DNA of 63,239 nucleotides, the filler included, from Octopus bimaculoides (taxonomy: Eukaryota): assembly GCF_001194135.2 (NCBI RefSeq). It is 5 parts of 5 records of this genome, joined end to end, with 100 filler letters (N's around TTAATTAATTAA, not from the genome) between each part and the next. Parts side by side here need not be neighbours in the genome. Positions count along the whole stretch, not along the records: positions 39,497 to 61,253 come from NC_068983.1; 4 more parts are not named here. One strand, 5' to 3'. This document shows positions 39,497 through 52,582 of this stretch, in pieces. Made by a program: the position numbers and the translations under genes. A model generated the notes under the pieces. The model saw nothing but the letters and a program-made list of their open reading frames with translations, had not been told where the DNA came from and made no database searches. The stretch's first letter is position 1, and every line of letters starts with the position of its first letter.

Positions 39497-40268
39497 CTAG
39501 GATGAAAGTAATTATTATTTTTAGTTAATCCCATACTCGAGTTTCCCTATTAATGAACAAATATATTAATTTGTCATCTGTAGTTCATCAGTGGGATCGC
39601 TAAAACAATGCATAATTATGTAGCTTAATACGTACCGGAAAAACACGTGCGAGCTGCATCCTTATACATTATGGAGTCAAATCAAACGCGCAAGCGCATT
39701 CACATATCTAGCTGCAAATAATAAATTTTAAGCTGTGTTTTATTAGCCTCAGAATAAGGAAATTTTACTGTGTAAATCATAAGGGTAGGAAATTAGAATA
39801 ATTTATTACCAGTGGTTCGCATGCGTAATAAAAGTCATAAGACAACATATTTTATATATAAAAGTGTTTAAAGGTTTATACACAAACAGAAGACCTATGA
39901 CACGGGTTCTTTCGGCACGCATAAAGCTACATAATTATGCATTGGTTTAGCGATCCCACTGATGAACTACGGATGACAAATTAATTTATTTGCTCATTAA
40001 TAGGGAAACTCGAGCATGAGATTAACTAAAAATAGTAATTCCTTTCATTCTAGTGCCATTATCGGCGCACCTTTAGAATTATTTTTTCGTGGTTTCGGTT
40101 TAACTGCTCTTTTTAGTATATAAGAAGTCCTATCATGGGTCTTCTCTTTGTGTATAAACCTTTATACACTTTTATATATAAAAATATGTTGTCTTATGAC
40201 TTTTATTACGCATGCGAACCACTGGCAATAGATTATTCTAATTTTTTTACCCTAATGATTCACACAGT
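39497..40268. repeat. Interleaved inverted repeats A-B-A'-B'
   Basis: 39497-39649 is the reverse complement of 39901-40053 (15 differences in 153 bp); 39767-39900 is the reverse complement of 40133-40268 (~90% identical). Confidence 0.93.
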
Positions 40269-40621
40269 TCTGTGTGTGTGTGTGTGTGTNNNNNNNNNNN
40301 NNNNNNNNNNNNNNNNNNNNNNNNNNNNNNNNNNNNNNNNNNNNNNNNNNNNNNNNNNNNNNNNNNNNNNNNNNNNNNNNNNNNNNNNNNNNNNNNNNNN
40401 NNNNNNNNNNNNNNNNNNNNNNNNNNNNNNNNNNNNNNNNNNNNNNNNNNNNNNNNNNNNNNNNNNNNNNNNNNNNNNNNNNNNNNNNNNNNNNNNNNNN
40501 NNNNNNNNNNNNNNNNNNNNNNNNNNNNNNNNNNNNNNNNNNNNNNNNNNNNNNNNNNNNNNNNNNNNNNNNNNNNNNNNNNNNNNNNNNNNNNNNNNNN
40601 NNNNNNNNNNNNNNNNNNNNN

Positions 40622-40667
<46 letters not shown>

Positions 40668-41725
40668 TATGATTGATCGCTAGCCACTAAACCTTTCTTA
40701 TTTTCTCTCTCTGCTTATTTATTTCTTTTCTGTTGAAGAGCGTAGGCTCGAAATGTAAAAGACTTTCTCACTTTCCGATCGTTAAACTAATACATCTGTT
40801 TGTTGCTTACACACCCGTTTTTTTGTTATTTTTTGTTTTTGTTTTGTTTTGTTTTTTGTAAATTCCAACTATTTATATACATATATGAGTACATGATTTC
40901 ACCAACTGTATAAACAACATGAAATACGAAAATAAACGAGTTAACTATGGAAACAACGAGAGAAAATAATGGAAAACAGGTCAAGCAAGCACAGAGAAAC
41001 GACCCTTCATCAGTTGCTGGCTGTCTGTCTACTCCTCGTTTCGAGCATTCAACGAAAATATGAATCTTGAAAGATAGTTGCTCCCATAAATTCCAAAATA
41101 AAATTTAGGATTTATGGAGGGGCAATTGTTGACGGTAGACTCACATCTGCTGTTTGTGTGCGCGTGAATTTATGTCTCTGTGTCTTTGTGTCTGTGTTTG
41201 TCCCACTGTCAGCTTGACAGCTGGCGTTGGTTTCTTCACGTCCGCGCAACGTCATGAGCGAATGCCCCAACGACCACATGATCAAGGGATAGGAAGGAAG
41301 GAAAGAAGGAAGGGGGAGGAAGGAAGGAAGGGACGGACGAACAAACGAATGAACGAGCGAACAGCCTTCGACTTTTTTCTTTTCCCAAGAGATTTTAGCC
41401 CAATATTTACATACTTTTGTTTATAGCTTAGCTTTACTTGTTCCATGTTTCACTGGTTCTAAAAAGAATTATATCAAGATATTTCCGAATATCAGTCCTC
41501 ACCAACTGAGAGATTTCTAAATGAAGTAAACTTCCCTTAACAGAATAAAGAAAATACTATTAAGCATAACAAATTCAAGAAATATACGGGGTGAGGTAAG
41601 TATGCATACAGTTGTTTAATACGACTGGAATGTTCTTTTCATTTCTCTATTTTTTAGGATAAGTATTCTATGATTCAATGTTTTTTTTTTAACTAATTCT
41701 TTCTAATGGGTAAAGGGCAAAGACT

Positions 41726-42056
41726 CCATTCAATCATGTATGACCATGTGATTGCGCCTAGAAAGTTGCCCTCCGAGGCACAAGTCCGAGCAAGATTGTT
41801 TATGGAAGATTAGCAGTCGTTCACGCATACCAGTCTCCCTTCTCCACGCCACTGATGTTATCCAAGAAAAAGGCAAAGGCCGATACAGCTTGGCATTAGT
41901 GACGTCACAACTAGTTTCTACAGCTGAGTGAACTGGAGCAACGTGAAAATAAAGTGCCTTGCTCAAAAACACAACACACAGCCTGGTCCGGGAGCCGAAC
42001 TCACTAAACAATTATTGTAAGCCCGATGCTCTAACCATTGAGCTACGCGCATTCAT
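41726..42056 (-). mobile_element. Family-D SINE, near full-length
   Basis: Reverse complement of the 29939 copy plus the 3' tail; a tail fragment is also present at 10128-10190. Confidence 0.88.
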
Positions 42057-42067
42057 AACTCTTTTTA

Positions 42068-43130
42068 TAGGTTATCCGGAAAGTTCTGAGCATTTTTTAA
42101 TATGCAGAAAGGGATATAAATAATTGACCTTTCAATAAATTTTATTCAAGGAAATAATTTCCATTATTATTAATGACCTTTGTCCATCTAGCAGGCAATT
42201 TAAATATTCCATCAGCATAAAATTTGACTAGTCTTGAAGAAAAAAAATATCTAGATGCATTTTGACTCCATCTAAATCATTAAATGTTTTTCCTTCCAAT
42301 GAGTCCTGTAGAGACAAAAACAAGTGGTGGTCGGATGGTGCAATAGGAGGAGAATATGGTGGATGGAGTAAGAGATCCCAGCCAAGTTCATGTAACTTTG
42401 CTCGGGTTGCCAAAGAGACATATAGTCGGGCATTGTCTTGTTGAAACACTGAACCCTTTCCTGTTGGCAATCTCCGGCATCAGTTCTTTGATTTTAGGGG
42501 TTCAAATTAGCCAAATGGTGACAGTACACATCAAAATACATGATTTGGTTTTGTGAGAGAAGCTAATAATAAATAATGTCTTTATGATCCCACCAAACAC
42601 AAAGCATCGCTTTCTTAGCATGATATTCGTCTTGGTTTTCGTTTTGGGTATTCCTGACGCAAACTCCAGGATCTTTTTCGCACTACGTTTTCGTGCGCAA
42701 TCCATTTTTTATTTCCAGTCCCAAGTTGTTTTAAAAAAGGCTTTTAGTCCGTTTCAAAAGCATATCCTAAACGGAATACAAGTCCAAGCAATTCTTTTCC
42801 GAGAGTTTGTGATGAACCCATATATTATAGCGAGAACTGTATCCTAGCTTCTCTAATACTCATGAATTGTACTTTTAGAAACTTCCAACTCTTCTGCAAG
42901 TTCGTTATATTTGAGTTTTCTTCGATTTTAGCCTTCAAAGCATCTTCATCCAATTTTCAAGGTCTTCCACTGCGAATGTCATCGTCTAAGCTTTAAATTT
43001 TGCAAACCACCTTTAAACAGTTGATTCACCTACAGCATCATCACCATAAACTTATCCTGAAAACGAAATGCAAAGAACATTCCATTCATATTAAGCAACT
43101 GTATACCTAATTTTTGCCACTACTATATAA
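42068..43130 (-). mobile_element. mariner (DD34D) transposon relic
   Basis: FQQDNARLYVSLATRAKLHELGWDLLLHPPYSPPIAPSDHHLFLSLQDSL (from QDNARPH and HPPYSPDLAPSD); upstream frameshifted HTH/linker region; multiple stops. Confidence 0.9.
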
Positions 43131-43728
43131 GTGACGGAAGCTACCTATCATCATTAGTCCTTTAGTATTTCATATCAGGCCGAAATATTTTACCTGTTTT
43201 ATATTCAAACAGGCCACATCTAGCCTTTCACACCTACTCTACAATGTCATTGTCGAAATCTCCAAAGCTATGAGATAATGCATAATTAATTCAAAATAGT
43301 GTGGATAAATAAGCAAACCTATACAATATATACCGACACCTCACAACCAGGGATGATAAATTAATCTCGTATATTCTTGTGGATCTACATTTACTCAATT
43401 TTTGTGTTAATGCAGTGTGGTTCGACCAAATGTCCACCATATGAAATTCCGAATAATGCTACGGGATGAACCTACCGGCTACGTAAAAGAAGTCATTATA
43501 AGCAGCCTCATGTATTGCGGAATTTCTCATTCGTCTTTCAAGGAATAACGGTTTGTGCATATGTGTATGTGTGTGCATGCGCTTGTGTGTATGCATGTGT
43601 GCGTGTATATGTGTATGTGTGTATGTATGTGTGTGTGCACACGTGTAACATACATACAGACACATATTCACATATATGTACGTGAGTATATATATATACA
43701 TACGCACGCACATATATGTATATAGGTG

Positions 43729-43787
<59 letters not shown>

Positions 43788-43805
43788 GATATCATNNNNN
43801 NNNNN

Positions 43806-43859
<54 letters not shown>

Positions 43860-44600
43860 GATATCATGTCATATATCATACTCTGTGAACACATATGGTG
43901 AATCGACAGAAATTTTCATGCACGAATACAAACACGTACACACACACATACACGTGTGAGTGAGTGAGTGAGTGAGTGAGTGAGTAAGTGAGTGAGTGGT
44001 AACAGAGAGTGCAGCAGCGCAATATGTATATATAGCCTACGACGTGTGTATGAAAGTTTAAATTTATGGAAAAACTAAACGTTGCGTGAAGAACCCAAAA
44101 TAGTCACATAATCTAATGCTTTATTGATATTTTCAATAGAAGTTTCTTTCAGTATACTTAAAAATGACATTTATTTATCAGACCAATAGTCCTGTTCATA
44201 CATTTGATACAGCACTGTTATACAAAATGTGCTTAGCAATAACCATTCCATATCTATCTATGTCTCTATCTATCTGTCTGTCTGCCTTTCTATCAGTCAG
44301 TCTGTCTGTCTATCTAACTATATCTACACGCACATATACTTTATTAATAAAACTGCAACGACATTACAAAAACTGTTACTCAGAGTTTCACTTTCCCGTT
44401 CGTCAGGCAGTTTTGGTTGAGAATAGAAGAAAAAATAAGGTTATATGTATAAATATATAATACATTGATAGATACACATTTGAAATTGGTTTTGTTTCAT
44501 TGGTCCTTTCAACTAACAGTCTTTTCAATAACCGGTTACATGAAATTAAAATTAAAATTACGATTTATAATCATATTATTTAAAATCGAAGAAAACCTTA

Positions 44601-45036
44601 TACGATGGAAGTCAAAAATTATCCACACTTTCGCCATAACATATCTTTATTGTTGTCACACTGCCTTCTGCGCATGCATGCTTATAGTTAGTACTATTGT
44701 GGTCATGTGATCAAATTTTGATCCTGATCACCCATTTTTCTTTCTGGCTTTACAATACAAGCATGGCCGCTCCACGAGCAATGTGCACCAGAGAAGAACA
44801 AAGAACAGTGATCCGATTTCTCTGGTCGGAAGCTGTGTCAGGTGCTGAAATTCATCGGAGGCTTTTCGCACAATACGGGGACAATGCAATGCCGCGTAGA
44901 AGTGTGTATGAGTTGATCAAGAAGTTAAAAAGTGGTCGGACATGCGTGACGCACGAAGCGGGATCAGGACACCCGTCAACCTCCACCACTGACTAGAAGA
45001 TTCAGCAAGCTCAATAGATGGTACTGGTGAACCGGA
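44601..45036 (+). mobile_element. mariner transposon 5' fragment (left TIR plus N-terminal HTH)
   Basis: TA-cgatggaagtcaaaaattatcc TIR-like start; CTREEQRTVIRFLWSEAVSGAEIHRRLFAQYGDNAMPRRSVYELIKKLKSGRTCVTHEAGSGHPSTSTT. Confidence 0.88.
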
Positions 45037-45206
45037 CCATTGCCCTTTACTCTTCTTTGGTGCATGCTGCTAGTGGAGCGGCCATGCTTGCACTGTAAAT
45101 CCAGTAACCACAATAGTATCAACTATAAGCACGCATGGGCTGAAGACAGGGTATCAATAATAAGCATATGTTATGGCGAAAGTTCGGATAATTATGATAT
45201 ACCGTC

Positions 45207-45255
<49 letters not shown>

Positions 45256-45259
45256 AGTG

Positions 45260-45298
<39 letters not shown>

Positions 45299-46654
45299 AC
45301 ATACACACACTCACACACACACATATATATATGTACATATGTATGAGTGTGTATATATATATANNNNNNNNNNNNNNNNNNNNNNNNNNNNNNNNNNNNN
45401 NNNNNNNNNNNNNNNNNNNNNNNNNNNNNNNNNNNNNNNNNNNNNNNNNNNNNNNNNNNNNNNNNNNNNNNNNNNNNNNNNNNNNNNNNNNNNNNNNNNN
45501 NNNNNNNNNNNNNNNNNNNNNNNNNNNNNNNNNNNNNNNNNNNNNNNNNNNNNNNNNNNNNNNNNNNNNNNNNNNNNNNNNNNNNNNNNNNNNNNNNNNN
45601 NNNNNNNNNNNNNNNNNNNNNNNNNNNNNNNNNNNNNNNNNNNNNNNNNNNNNNNNNNNNNNNNNNNNNNNNNNNNNNNNNNNNNNNNNNNNNNNNNNNN
45701 NNNNNNNNNNNNNNNNNNNNNNNNNNNNNNNNNNNNNNNNNNNNNNNNNNNNNNNNNNNNNNNNNNNNNNNNNNNNNNNNNNNNNNNNNNNNNNNNNNNN
45801 NNNNNNNNNNNNNNNNNNNNNNNNNNNNNNNNNNNNNNNNNNNNNNNNNNNNNNNNNNNNNNNNNNNNNNNNNNNNNNNNNNNNNNNNNNNNNNNNNNNN
45901 NNNNNNNNNNNNNNNNNNNNNNNNNNNNNNNNNNNNNNNNNNNNNNNNNNNNNNNNNNNNNNNNNNNNNNNNNNNNNNNNNNNNNNNNNNNNNNNNNNNN
46001 NNNNNNNNNNNNNNNNNNNNNNNNNNNNNNNNNNNNNNNNNNNNNNNNNNNNNNNNNNNNNNNNNNNNNNNNNNNNNNNNNNATATATATATATATATAT
46101 ATATAATGGATGTTACTTTCGACACAGTATGTTTTATAATACCGGCTGGACAGAGAAACAGTAAGTTTGATATTAATTGCAAACTGGTTATAAAAACATA
46201 CAGAGTAAACTGTTAAGTCTATAAATCATCACAGGGGCTAGTTCTTGGTAGAATACTTAAACTCAATGTGTAAATATTAACTAGATATATTGACATAGTT
46301 GGTAGATATAGTCTGGATATAGTCAGAATACAAAGACTACGCGTAGCAGTTGACTGGATACATAAACACATAATTTTCAGGTTGATTAGATGAAAAGCTC
46401 TGTTGATTTTAATACAGTTATTAGCCACGCTGTGTATAAGTTCACTAAAGAGACAAACGCGCTGTGTAGATAGTGAATCGAGAGGCACGGGTAGTAAAAT
46501 TTGATCAGATGTGTAGACAAGTTATATAGATGTTTACTGGATATATGTACACACAGTGTATCGAAGTTGACTGAATATACAAACCTCTCACTACTTCAGT
46601 ATTTCAATTGTAGAAAACCGTTCTAAATCTCTGAGAAACCACCCAGTTTGTATA

Positions 46655-46855
46655 CTGGTTTCAAATTTTGGCATAATGCTAGCAGATCGATTAGATCTGC
46701 CCCACTGCTCAATTGATACTTATTTTATCGACTCCGAAACAAATAAGATGAAAGGCAATGTCAATCTCAGCGGAATTTGAACTCAGAACGTAGAGACGGA
46801 CGAAATGCCGCTAAGCATTTTCCCAGCATGCAAACAATTATACCAGTTCGCCGCT
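46655..46855 (-). mobile_element. Family-A SINE
   Basis: gatgaaaggcaatgtcaatctcagcggaatttgaactcagaacg; acccagttt flanking repeats. Confidence 0.85.
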
Positions 46856-47455
46856 ATAAACCCAGTTTACATTTTGGAAGCTTCTTCTATGCTCCTAGTA
46901 TTGAAATTTTCAATATTATTTGATCATCAGCCATATCACTAATGTTATCCTTAAAAACAACCCTGCAGCCTTATTGAAAATATCTTCAATACGCCACGTT
47001 TTTGTTTTTGCTGTTGTTTTGGTTTTTATCAGTGTGATCATACGAGGATCATTGATTAACATTGATTAATGATTGGAGATTATTCAACCTGTCAACCAGC
47101 AGACCAAACAACCATTTTTCACACTAAGTTGTTTGATCCCTGTCTGAAAATATGATTTTAGTTTGCAGGTGATTTTAATGAAGTTTCAGTCAATTTAATT
47201 AAGAATCCCACCTTCTTTCGAGGCTGTAGTTAATTATTAAGCTAACAACAATAAATTTCACACATCTGACAGTAAAATCTTGAAATGTGACGTTATGTTT
47301 ATTACTGACGTGACGGGCATGACATATTAGAAAACCACTCCGACAGAGTATCAGATCTGAACTATTTAATGGGAAGTGGCCAGTGAGTACATAGGCTGCT
47401 TGGTTGTTTTGGTTGATATCTCGTATTTTGGGGTTTGTTTTTCTTGTTTGTTTTG

Positions 47456-47504
<49 letters not shown>

Positions 47505-48978
47505 AGTAGTACCAAGCCTGGACTAAATTAGTGAATGTCGAACTAATTAGTAGATGATTCAGATGACCAGAGAGTAGTACTAAGTGAAGCATGAATCACA
47601 GAGCATTTCACAGAGCTCTAGACATCAAGCAGAGCGCGCGCATGCGCGAGAGAAAGACGGTGAGAGATCAGAGGATTCAGTTGGCAAGATTGTAACGGAA
47701 AATCACAGAAATATATGTGACTATAAAGTAATGTAATGAGGAGTCTATGTGGATGGTGTTGGAGATTGCAACATATTGAGGAAATCTAATATTTAACCTC
47801 ACATATAACGACACGTCATCACAAAACTTCACTTTAAAGCCACACCTTGGTTTTTCTTGCAATTAAGAACATTTTTATATTTTAACGCAAAATTTCAATT
47901 GTTATGGCCGATAACGAAATTATATGCGGTTCCTATTTCCTCGTTGATATTGTTGTTGCTGTTCTTGTTCGTTATTGATGTTTTAGTTAATTTTGCTGTC
48001 CTTATTATTGTTTGCTTTTCAGAGCATACATTAATTCCCTTGTTTGTAATTTTACCTTCAAAAATGGCACTAACATGCTGTTTTATATATTACGATGCTG
48101 TACTTTTCTTTGTTCTCATAACTTGCTTCTATCAACTTAAGTAGAATATAACTATTAGCCACAACAACTGAGACACACTCGCCATAATAGCAATATTACA
48201 CTAAATAAGATTAGTAACAGATCTTAAAACCTGCTGCAAACTCTATCTTTATTCGTGTCGCCACAGAGCAATAAATATTTTACAGCTGTCACAAAGGATT
48301 TTACGACATAAAATTTAACTTCGTTTTAATTTTAGAATATTTTTGTCTCCTTTACATTGTCTTTTTTCAATCACATAAAAGAAGGTTTAATGTGTCGGTT
48401 CTTTGTTGCATGTTAAGCAAGACTTTCTCCCAAGCTGATAAAGCGATATTAAACATCTTATTACGCATGCGTTAATATGCATTAATGTTTGTAGAATCCT
48501 TGTATAAGAATCTTATTTGAAAATAGTGTTTACCAAAGAGGCGTAACTCCCCGATAAGACATTTAGAGGAATATTAATTCTTTAGATGAAGGAATAAAGT
48601 AGAATTAATAACAGACCTTTTATGAATGGAAGCGATTCCCTCATGTGTCATTTAAAATTTAGGGTCATAAAGAAACAAAAGACTGAGAAGTAATATATTT
48701 ATGAGCTTTTTAGTAATGTTGTTTACATTAACATAGTCTTATATAGCTTTATTAAAGTTCTCCCCAGAGGGGACAGCAAAATCACAATTTAAGGAAGACA
48801 GGAATTTGCTAACACAGAAACTTAAAGAAGGTGGGAAATAATGAAAGCTTGCAGGGAAGGTAAAGAATGAGAAAGCTCAATATAGTAATTCTTGATAAAC
48901 AATCGCCGTTGATGCATTGCATATAAAGATAGGGAAATTTGTTTTATTGCACATTATCGCTTCCCCAACCGCCCTCAC

Positions 48979-49023
<45 letters not shown>

Positions 49024-49572
49024 GGAGAAACTGAACCGTGAGGATTATGGCTTATTTGACGTTCCATACTGATGTGTGTGTAAAAACCAGGTTGCGTGCA
49101 AAAATTTACTGTGTGACTCACATTTCTTGGGGTGGTGGTGGCGGCGGCGGTGGGAATATGCCACGGTGTCTCTGCAGTATGTTATTGCGTGCATATGAAA
49201 GTATATATGCGTTTATGTGCGCATGTATACACACATACATATGCATATGTGTGTGTGTGTGTTCGTGTGTGTGTGTGTGTATGTGTTTATAAACGAGTAG
49301 CTTATAGAGTTACTATTCTGTTTCTATCCGTAAAAAAAAAAAATGAAACAAAAACGAAGCATAGACATCAAAATTTGAATCATTACTTCGTAAGCTTGTC
49401 ATTAATAAACAATTATATTTAACTCTACTTCCCGAAGTATTGAGTTCTTTATTTAATATGCAAAAGCCTTCTTAATTACACATACTGAAACACACATAAC
49501 CACACACACACACACATGTATATATATGTGCATATATATAGGAGCAGGTATATATATATGTGCATATATATA

Positions 49573-49741
49573 GGTGTGGTAAGAAGCTGGCTTCCCAACC
49601 ACATGGTTTCGGGTTCAGTCCTGTGACATCTTGGGTAAATGTCGTCTACTATAGCCACGCGCCGACCAAGGCCTTGTGAGTGGATTTAGTAGACGGAAAC
49701 TGAAAGAAGCTCGACGTGTGTATGTATGTATGTATATATAT
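49573..49741 (+). mobile_element. Family-B SINE, 5' half (runs into a gap)
   Basis: gtgtggtaagaagctggcttcccaaccacatggtttcgggttcagtc...gacggaaactgaaagaagc. Confidence 0.88.
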
Positions 49742-50659
49742 NNNNNNNNNNNNNNNNNNNNNNNNNNNNNNNNNNNNNNNNNNNNNNNNNNNNNNNNNNN
49801 NNNNNNNNNNNNNNNNNNNNNNNNNNNNNNNNNNNNNNNNNNNNNNNNNNNNNNNNNNNNNNNNNNNNNNNNNNNNNNNNNNNNNNNNNNNNNNNNNNNN
49901 NNNNNNNNNNNNNNNNNNNNNNNNNNNNNNNNNNNNNNNNNNNNNNNNNNNNNNNNNNNNNNNNNNNNNNNNNNNNNNNNNNNNNNNNNNNNNNNNNNNN
50001 NNNNNNNNNNNNNNNNNNNNNNNNNNNNNNNNNNNNNNNNNNNNNNNNNNNNNNNNNNNNNNNNNNNNNNNNNNNNNNNNNNNNNNNNNNNNNNNNNNNN
50101 NNNNNNNNNNNNNNNNNNNNNNNNNNNNNNNNNNNNNNNNNNNNNNNNNNNNNNNNNNNNNNNNNNNNNNNNNNNNNNNNNNNNNNNNNNNNNNNNNNNN
50201 NNNNNNNNNNNNNNNNNNNNNNNNNNNNNNNNNNNNNNNNNNNNNNNNNNNNNNNNNNNNNNNNNNNNNNNNNNNNNNNNNNNNNNNNNNNNNNNNNNNN
50301 NNNNNNNNNNNNNNNNNNNNNNNNNNNNNNNNNNNNNNNNNNNNNNNNNNNNNNNNNNNNNNNNNNNNNNNNNNNNNNNNNNNNNNNNNNNNNNNNNNNN
50401 NNNNNNNNNNNNNNNNNNNNNNNNNNNNNNNNNNNNNNNNNNNNNNNNNNNNNNNNNNNNNNNNNNNNNNNNNNNNNNNNNNNNNNNNNNNNNNNNNNNN
50501 NNNNNNNNNNNNNNNNNNNNNNNNNNNNNNNNNNNNNGGAGATAATAATGGTAACCTGGACGAACTAAGGTGCACAAGTGCGTGTGTGTACATGAGACTG
50601 GTGCTTTTATGTGTGTGAGTGTGTATGTGTAAATGGTGGCAAGTGCGTAATAGCTAGCT

Positions 50660-50662
50660 AGC

Positions 50663-50745
<83 letters not shown>
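50660..50745. repeat. (GATA)n tetranucleotide microsatellite; other GATA/TATC tracts at 5177-5221, 8628-8670 and 21870-21936
   Basis: Direct inspection. Confidence 0.95.
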
Positions 50746-50746
<1 letters not shown>

Positions 50747-51329
50747 CAGAAAGCTGGAGAGATAGATAGACAGATAGAAAGAAAATAGATAGATAAGGTT
50801 TCTGGTTAGAATGTGCACTTTGCGATGATCATTCCGGCTTTCTGCATTGTCAGTACAAATGCTGCTATGGTCATCTTTGGTCTATATCTTTCCAGAATCA
50901 ATAAATATATTATTTTTATTTCATAGTTTCCAGAGTTCGGTCCGCAATTAATGATCTGCTCAATTCCGCTTTGCTGGTATAGCATCCCTAGAAATTGCTT
51001 CATTGGAATTCACTACAATGACACTAGATGTGTCTGTGTGTGTGTGTACGTGTGTGTATGTATGTGAGTGAGTACGTATGTGTGTATGTGTATGTTTGTG
51101 AGTGAGTATGTATGCGTGTGTGCATGTATGCGTGTGTGAGTGTGTGTGTGTGAGTGTGTAAAGGGTGCAGTGAACCTGCCGAAGCGATTGTAAATACAAG
51201 GATTTGATCAAAGTCCTTCTTCAAGAATTCTATTTTACACTCTCCATAGCAACTTGACAGCGCTCTTTTTTATTACACGCACACATACATACATACATAC
51301 ATACATACATACACACGCACACACACACA

Positions 51330-51365
<36 letters not shown>

Positions 51366-51717
51366 TGACAAGGTATAAATAGATATATTTTCTTTATTGC
51401 AGCAAATTTACTGCAATAAAGAAAAAAAATATGTAATGACCGTTATTCATACAACGTCTTGTATAACACTCAATGTAAAAACCTGTATAAATGAAGCAGA
51501 AGCACGGATTTACAATATTGAATAGTGAACTATGACCTTAGATCCTGCCGCATGAATACGTGCAGTTTTTTTATTTATTTTTTTTTTTAATCTAAGCAAT
51601 ATTGTTAGCCTGGCCTACTAATAGAGTATTAATGAAATATTTTCGCGGATTGATAATACCTCGGAAATAACTTTGTTTTTACATACATACATACATACAT
51701 ACATACACACACACGTA

Positions 51718-51790
<73 letters not shown>

Positions 51791-52033
51791 TGAGTGAGAG
51801 TTGTTGATGTGGCTCCTTCACCTTCAACTTCTGTGTCTCCTTCCACCACTACCACCACCACTGCTGATACAACCACTACTACTGTTGCCACTACTTCCAC
51901 CACCACATCGTCATCATCACCATCATCATCATCATCATCAAATCTTCCTATAAACAGTCGCTCTTTATTTACCCCGTCTTTCACCACTTCACCCAGTTTA
52001 ATCACTTCAGTGACCCAGCCCAACTTTCACAGC

Positions 52034-52582
52034 ATGGCCGATTTGGCATTCACACCAACAAAGACCTCACCTAATATTTATCGAACCCCAGTGAAGTCTT
52101 CCTCTCAGAATGCTCTCCAACATTTCTACGAAACATTAAATACTCCAGTCCGAGGCAGAGATGCTTCCTTCCCTGACTCACTGACTACTTGAAAATAACT
52201 GGAAACGGAATATGCAAAATCGAAACGGAAACGATGTCCACCGGAGAAAAGAGCTCTGGATATTTTCAATGCTGGACCTTCCCAGTTACGAGCTGATTCC
52301 AGTAACAGTCAAGACGGTTCTTATAACAAAGATTCTATTCCTACATTTATTGAAAAAGTTATTTCTGAAACCAGCCTAGCTAAAGCGCTGGCCGCCAACA
52401 TCTACAAGAAACTTTAAGGTGATTCAAAGTTGGATTTAGCATCGAAGAATGGTGAACAGAAACAGGTGGAAGAAAAACAGCCTGCAGACTGTGATAAGCT
52501 AATGGCTGATATATTATTGACTGACTTCCACATGATCAAAGACGACACTAAAGAAGTTATCAACCAGACAAGCAGTTCTTGA
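52034..52582 (+). pseudogene. Orphan 182-codon reading frame with three in-frame stops and no frameshift
   Basis: MADLAFTPTKTSP...DSLTT*K*LETEYAKSKRKRCPPEKRALD...ANIYKKL*GDSKLDL...QTSSS*; no family recognised. Confidence 0.45.

Noticed and set aside
39955-39985. CTGATGA inside block A' as another hammerhead
   Set aside because: There is no stem II and no downstream GAAA.
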